NCBI GenBank assembly: GCA_965205655.1
Contig: CBDBIJ010000001.1
Coordinates: forward strand, 1 to 20,527
Source of the DNA: Candidatus Latescibacterota bacterium
GTDB lineage: Bacteria > Latescibacterota > UBA2968 > UBA8231
Length of the DNA: 20,527 bases
Direction of reading: 5' to 3'
The notes beneath the pieces were generated by a model that was given only the letters and a program-made list of their open reading frames with translations, ran no database searches and was not told where the DNA came from. This document shows positions 16,314-20,527 of this stretch, one piece after another (the first letter of the stretch is position 1; each line of letters starts with the position of its first letter). Position numbers and translations under genes: made by a program.

Positions 16314-18814
16314 GACAGATGGGTCAGTTGCTCTTTTTGTTCGCCGGCCTCTTCTCGTTGTCGGCGCCTGCGGGCGTCGTCGGACAGACCACTGCGTCGA
16401 GTGAGTCTGGCAGCTCGGTGGATGCAGACGAGCAAGCCCTGTCGGCGCAGCGGGACGAACTGGAGACGCTTCTCGACGAGCGGGCAGAGCGCGGACCCGC
16501 GTTCCAGTACTCCGCGGATTCCTCATACGTACAGGACGTCCAGGGTGACTCCATCGTCCTGCGGGGCAACGCCGCCGTCGATCACAAGGGCGCTCGTCTC
16601 GAGGCGGGCGAGATGGTCTACCACCGAGCCGAGGAGCTCGTGGATGCGCGCGCCTTGCTGGACTCGAGCGGTCTTCCCCTGGGGATGCCGACATTGAGGA
16701 GGGGGAATGATGTGATCCGCGGCGAGCGCATCCTCTACGATCTGGGTACTGGCGAGGGGGTGATCCTCGATGGAAAGATCCAGTACAAGGATGGTTTCTA
16801 TAGCGGCCGCTATATCGAAACGAAGTCAGATGAGGAGTTCCACGTCCATCAAGGGTCCTACACCACCTGCGACAGCCCGCATCCCCATTTCGACTTCTAC
16901 AGCCCCCGCATCAAGGTGCTCGTGGGCGACATGGCAATTGCCCGTCCCGTCTATTTCCGCATCGGCGAGAAGCGCCTTGTGCCCATTCCGTTCTACGTTT
17001 TCTCCTTGCGCGAGGATCGACAGTCGGGCATCCTCACTCCCGGTTTCGGCCGCCGGCCCATCAGCTTTGCCAGCCGCGAAAGCGAATGGGAGGTCCGCAA
17101 TCTGGGTTACTATTTCGCTCCGAACGATTACTGGGACGTGACGCTGTCCGCCCACATGCGTCAGCGCTCTGGCTGGCTCGCCGGCGTCGCCACCGCATAC
17201 GCCTGGCGCTATCGCTTCCGGGGTCGACTCGAGACCCGGGTTCAGAACAGGCAGAGCGGCTCCACGAGTCGCTGGGAGTGGTGGACGAACTTCAGTCATA
17301 GTCAGGAGATCGGCCGCGAAGCGAGCCTGCGTGCTTCGGGCACCTTCCAGAGCAGCAAGGACTTTTCCCGCGACAACAGTTTGACACTTCAGGAGCGGCT
17401 CAACAGGACCTTGCGCTCGAATGGACGATTCAGCAAACGCTGGCGCCAACAGGGAGCCAGCCTCGCGCTCAGTGGGAGCTACACAAAAAACCTGGATACG
17501 GAGCGCTTCGATCTGGTGCTTCCCGAAGTCAGCCTGCGCTCGAATCGCAAAGCGCTCTTCCGCGGCGAAAGTGGCCGCAGACCCTCATCGCGGTGGTACA
17601 GTCGCATTTACTACGACTTCAACGCTCGGCTACGCAACAGGCAGAGAGGCTCGCCGGCGGACACCACGACGCGTACGTCGGCGGACATCACCGTCAGGCT
17701 GACGTCCCAACAGCGACCGTTTTCGTGGTTGAGCGTGAACTCGAGTTTCAAGGAAAGCTGGCGCGATAGGGACCTGCGTAGTTCGCAGGGAGGCTTCGAG
17801 GGTATCCGCACCGATCGTTTTGGCAGCTCCGCGTCCCTGTCGCAAACGCTCTACGGCATGTTCCACCCCGACATCTGGAACCTCACGGCTCTGCGGCACG
17901 TGCTCAAGCCGGACGTCGGCGTACGCTACCAGGCGACGAGGACGGACACTGGAGGCGCCGGCTTCGGCGGCCGCCCCAGCTCGTGGAAGCAGAGCCGGCA
18001 ACTCACCTTTCGGCTGAGCAATACAATCTGGGTGAAACTGCTGCGCGACGAGGACGAAGAGAAGGTGAGGCTGGCTCAGGTCAACTTGTCCACCGCCTAC
18101 GACTTCGACCGCGATCGCCGACAGCTCTCAGACCTCGTCTCTAGCTTGACGATCGGCGCAGGACGTCGTCTGAACACCCGTCTCAGTTTGCGGTCCGAAT
18201 TCTACGGCAACGACGATGAGTTTCACCCCCGTCCACGCCTGCGCCAGTTTGAAATCAATTCGACTCTTCGTTTTGTCCCCGGCCGCAGGACAGTAGGCGA
18301 TGGGCGGGACTCGAAACTCGACCTCTACCGGAGGGCAGCCGGGGAATCGCCGGACCGCTCGTCCAGGCAAGCGGCGCTGCAGCAGGGGACCGTCCCCGGG
18401 CGCCCGCCCGGCTATGACGCTCGCGGCGGCGAGTTCGGCTACGAAGGCGGCCTGCAGCGGGACATCGATCGTCGAGACCGTCAGTCGCGCTTTCAGATCA
18501 GCCACTATTTTTCCCGGCGACGCGGTTCAAGCTCGAGATCGTGGTTGCGCACCGCCCTCGGGGGGACGTGGCGTTCGCACTGGCATATCCACTACTCGCT
18601 CAACTACACTTTGCTGAAGAAGGGGACTCAGCTCTTCGACGCCGATCGCGTCTCCGCAGAGCTACTCTCAATTCAGCGCCGCTTCCATGACTGGACCGCG
18701 ACGGTAAACATCGAACCGAGTCGCTTCAATCGCGATCGCGCGTTCTACTTCAAGGCGCAGCTCGTCGACATCCCCCAGATCCGCTTCGAACGCGGAGATC
18801 GGCGCAGGCGGTGA
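16310..18814 (+). CDS. lptD: LPS-assembly outer-membrane protein LptD-like (start TTG 16310 or ATG 16319)
   Basis: Signal peptide; beta-jellyroll region (YSADS, IVLRGNAAV); SYTTCD..HPHF motif; RQSGILTP; GYYFAPNDYWD; LRHVLKP; amphipathic beta-barrel strands; IQRRFHDW near the C-terminus. Confidence 0.85.
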   Translation: MRQMGQLLFLFAGLFSLSAPAGVVGQTTASSESGSSVDADEQALSAQRDELETLLDERAERGPAFQYSADSSYVQDVQGDSIVLRGNAAVDHKGARLEAGEMVYHRAEELVDARALLDSSGLPLGMPTLRRGNDVIRGERILYDLGTGEGVILDGKIQYKDGFYSGRYIETKSDEEFHVHQGSYTTCDSPHPHFDFYSPRIKVLVGDMAIARPVYFRIGEKRLVPIPFYVFSLREDRQSGILTPGFGRRPISFASRESEWEVRNLGYYFAPNDYWDVTLSAHMRQRSGWLAGVATAYAWRYRFRGRLETRVQNRQSGSTSRWEWWTNFSHSQEIGREASLRASGTFQSSKDFSRDNSLTLQERLNRTLRSNGRFSKRWRQQGASLALSGSYTKNLDTERFDLVLPEVSLRSNRKALFRGESGRRPSSRWYSRIYYDFNARLRNRQRGSPADTTTRTSADITVRLTSQQRPFSWLSVNSSFKESWRDRDLRSSQGGFEGIRTDRFGSSASLSQTLYGMFHPDIWNLTALRHVLKPDVGVRYQATRTDTGGAGFGGRPSSWKQSRQLTFRLSNTIWVKLLRDEDEEKVRLAQVNLSTAYDFDRDRRQLSDLVSSLTIGAGRRLNTRLSLRSEFYGNDDEFHPRPRLRQFEINSTLRFVPGRRTVGDGRDSKLDLYRRAAGESPDRSSRQAALQQGTVPGRPPGYDARGGEFGYEGGLQRDIDRRDRQSRFQISHYFSRRRGSSSRSWLRTALGGTWRSHWHIHYSLNYTLLKKGTQLFDADRVSAELLSIQRRFHDWTATVNIEPSRFNRDRAFYFKAQLVDIPQIRFERGDRRRR

Positions 18815-19257
18815 GAGTCCTGATCCAACGAGTGTCAAAGGCCCGGGTTATGGTGGAGGGACGTGTCACGGGGTCCATCGAAGGCGGCCTCGCCCTCCTC
18901 GTCGGGGTCCGCGAGGGCGACGATCAGGAGACGGTCAACTTCTGTGCCGACAAGTGTGCTAATCTGCGCGTTTTTTCTGATGAGTCCGGCCGCATGAACT
19001 GCTCGGTCGTCGATGAGGGTGGCGGCATCCTGGCGATCTCGCAGTTCACCCTCTACGGCGACTGCCGTCGGGGGCGGCGTCCGAGTTTTACATCGGCGGC
19101 TCAACCCGAGGAGGCTGAAAGGCTCTACGAGGCCTTCATCGCTCGACTCGAGAGTCACGGATTGGCGGTGGAAAGAGGCGTCTTCGGGGCTCATATGTGC
19201 GTGGACATCCACAATGACGGCCCCGTCACTCTGCTGGTAGAGTCCGAATCAACGTGA
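18811..19257 (+). CDS. dtd: D-aminoacyl-tRNA deacylase
   Basis: MRVLIQRVSKA, ISQFTLYGD, GRRPSF, FGAHM, NDGPVTL. Confidence 0.98.
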   Translation: MRVLIQRVSKARVMVEGRVTGSIEGGLALLVGVREGDDQETVNFCADKCANLRVFSDESGRMNCSVVDEGGGILAISQFTLYGDCRRGRRPSFTSAAQPEEAERLYEAFIARLESHGLAVERGVFGAHMCVDIHNDGPVTLLVESEST

Positions 19258-19271
19258 CGCCGTGAGCTGAT

Positions 19272-19904
19272 ATGTCATCCGGCCGCGATAGCTGTCCCGT
19301 GCTCGTGTTGGGCTCCGCATCACCTCGGCGCGCCGTACTGCTGCGGCAACTGGGGCTCCGCTTCGTGCAGGTTGCGAGCCCGACCGAGGAACTGATTCGG
19401 GGCTCCCAGCAGCCTGCCGAGTTCGTGGCTGAGTCCGCTCGCGCCAAAGCCCGGGCCGTGAGTGAACTGGTGCGGACCGATCCGCCGTCTTCTATCGCCG
19501 CCGCCGATGATTTTCTTGTGATCGGCGCCGACACTGTCGTCTCGCGAGACGGAACCGTGCTTGGAAAACCGACGGATTCAGGGGATGCGGTGCGAATGCT
19601 CCGGCATCTGTCCGGACGCACGCATGATGTTTACACCGGCATCGCCATCGTTCGCCGCGATGGCGGCGAGAGCTGTGACCATGTGGTGACTGAGGTACGG
19701 TTGCGGGAGCTGTCGGATGAGACCATCCGCGCCTATGTGGCCACCGGCGAGCCGCTCGACAAGGCTGGTTCATACGCCATTCAGGGGCTGGGGGCGCGCT
19801 TCGTTGAACGCATAAATGGTTGTTACTATAATGTAGTGGGACTTCCCTTGGCGCGGTTGTGCGCCATGCTTGAAGAAGCGGGAGTCGACTGGGGAAGCGT
19901 GTAG
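19272..19904 (+). CDS. maf: Maf family nucleoside triphosphate pyrophosphatase (YhdE-like)
   Basis: LGSASPRRAVLL, IGADTVV, LGKP, LSGRTHDVYTG, GEPLDKAGSYAIQG, NVVGLP. Confidence 0.96.
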   Translation: MSSGRDSCPVLVLGSASPRRAVLLRQLGLRFVQVASPTEELIRGSQQPAEFVAESARAKARAVSELVRTDPPSSIAAADDFLVIGADTVVSRDGTVLGKPTDSGDAVRMLRHLSGRTHDVYTGIAIVRRDGGESCDHVVTEVRLRELSDETIRAYVATGEPLDKAGSYAIQGLGARFVERINGCYYNVVGLPLARLCAMLEEAGVDWGSV

Positions 19905-19955
19905 ATAATCTCCCCACCGCCCACACCCGTTCACCTCCGCATCAACCCAACGCAC

Positions 19956-20527
19956 ATGAGTGAGCAGAATCCATCGGTGGCCGCGAGGCTTCGCCGGGCT
20001 CGCGAGAGCCGCGGGACGACGCTCGATCAGGCCCACCAGCACACCGGGATCAGTGCCGACCTCCTGGAGGGTCTCGAATCCGGGAAACTCGATGTCGTCG
20101 AGACCGTCTACATGCGGCTCGCCGTGGTGTCCTACGCCGAGTACCTCGGCCTCGATGCTGGCGAGATGGCGAAGCAGTTCAACGACGAGACGGGCACGCA
20201 GCCTGCCACGTCGCCTGCCTTCGGCGTGGCTCGCCGACCCGGAAAATCCTCGCTCATCCACGATCTGCGCAGCATGGGTCGACCACAGGACGTCAGCGGC
20301 CTCTTCCGCTTGCATCAGTCCCGGCTCATTGCACTGGGAGTCGCTATCCTCCTTGTCCTCATCCTGATCGCCGCCTGGCTCGATGGGGGCGGCGCATCGG
20401 ATGCATCCGGCGCATCCATCGTCGCCGGCTCAGTGGGGGACAATCTGGCGGACCGTTCGACATCGCAGGAGCACTCATCGACAGAAGTGGCGACCCCGTT
20501 CGAAGCCGATTCACCCTCGGATGCGGC
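19956..20527 (+). CDS. rodZ: RodZ-like HTH membrane protein, truncated by the window end (absent from the ORF track)
   Basis: Manual translation: MSEQNPSVAARLRRARESRGTTLDQAHQHTGISADLLEGLESGKLDVVETVYMRLAVVSYAEYLGLD (HTH_25-like), later the TM segment LIALGVAILLVLILIAAWL; no stop seen. Confidence 0.8.
   Translation, partial: MSEQNPSVAARLRRARESRGTTLDQAHQHTGISADLLEGLESGKLDVVETVYMRLAVVSYAEYLGLDAGEMAKQFNDETGTQPATSPAFGVARRPGKSSLIHDLRSMGRPQDVSGLFRLHQSRLIALGVAILLVLILIAAWLDGGGASDASGASIVAGSVGDNLADRSTSQEHSSTEVATPFEADSPSDA

Noticed and set aside
19960..20367. 135-aa plus-strand ORF in the track
   Set aside because: Wrong frame; the real gene starts at ATG 19956 and encodes a RodZ-like protein.

Overview
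GC-rich diderm bacterial chromosome. Gene order and the LptD type suggest an FCB-superphylum/Latescibacterota-like organism, but this is weak inference. Bases 1-~1430 look like one end of a genomic island or prophage integrated at the 3' end of a minus-strand tRNA-Lys(CTT) gene (1432-1507). This end carries a 17-bp direct repeat overlapping a promoter, a ribbon-helix-helix gene and a coupled tyrosine integrase broken by one extra base and one in-frame TGA. The remaining ~19 kb is a plus-strand housekeeping run: TPR/acidic protein, efp, accB (frameshifted), accC, gcvH, HNH nuclease, scpA, scpB, rluB, cmk, rpsA, terminator, mutS, an orphan FliG-N-like protein, rlmB, lptD-like, dtd, maf and a truncated rodZ-like gene that the ORF track misses. 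The best novelty candidates are the RHH-integrase module, the stand-alone FliG-N-domain gene coupled to mutS, and the TPR-acidic linker-TPR protein. The frameshift in normally essential accB warns that the assembly may contain indel errors, so the integrase lesions may be artefacts. I see no clear complete novel multi-gene system inside the window; the island cargo lies left of base 1.
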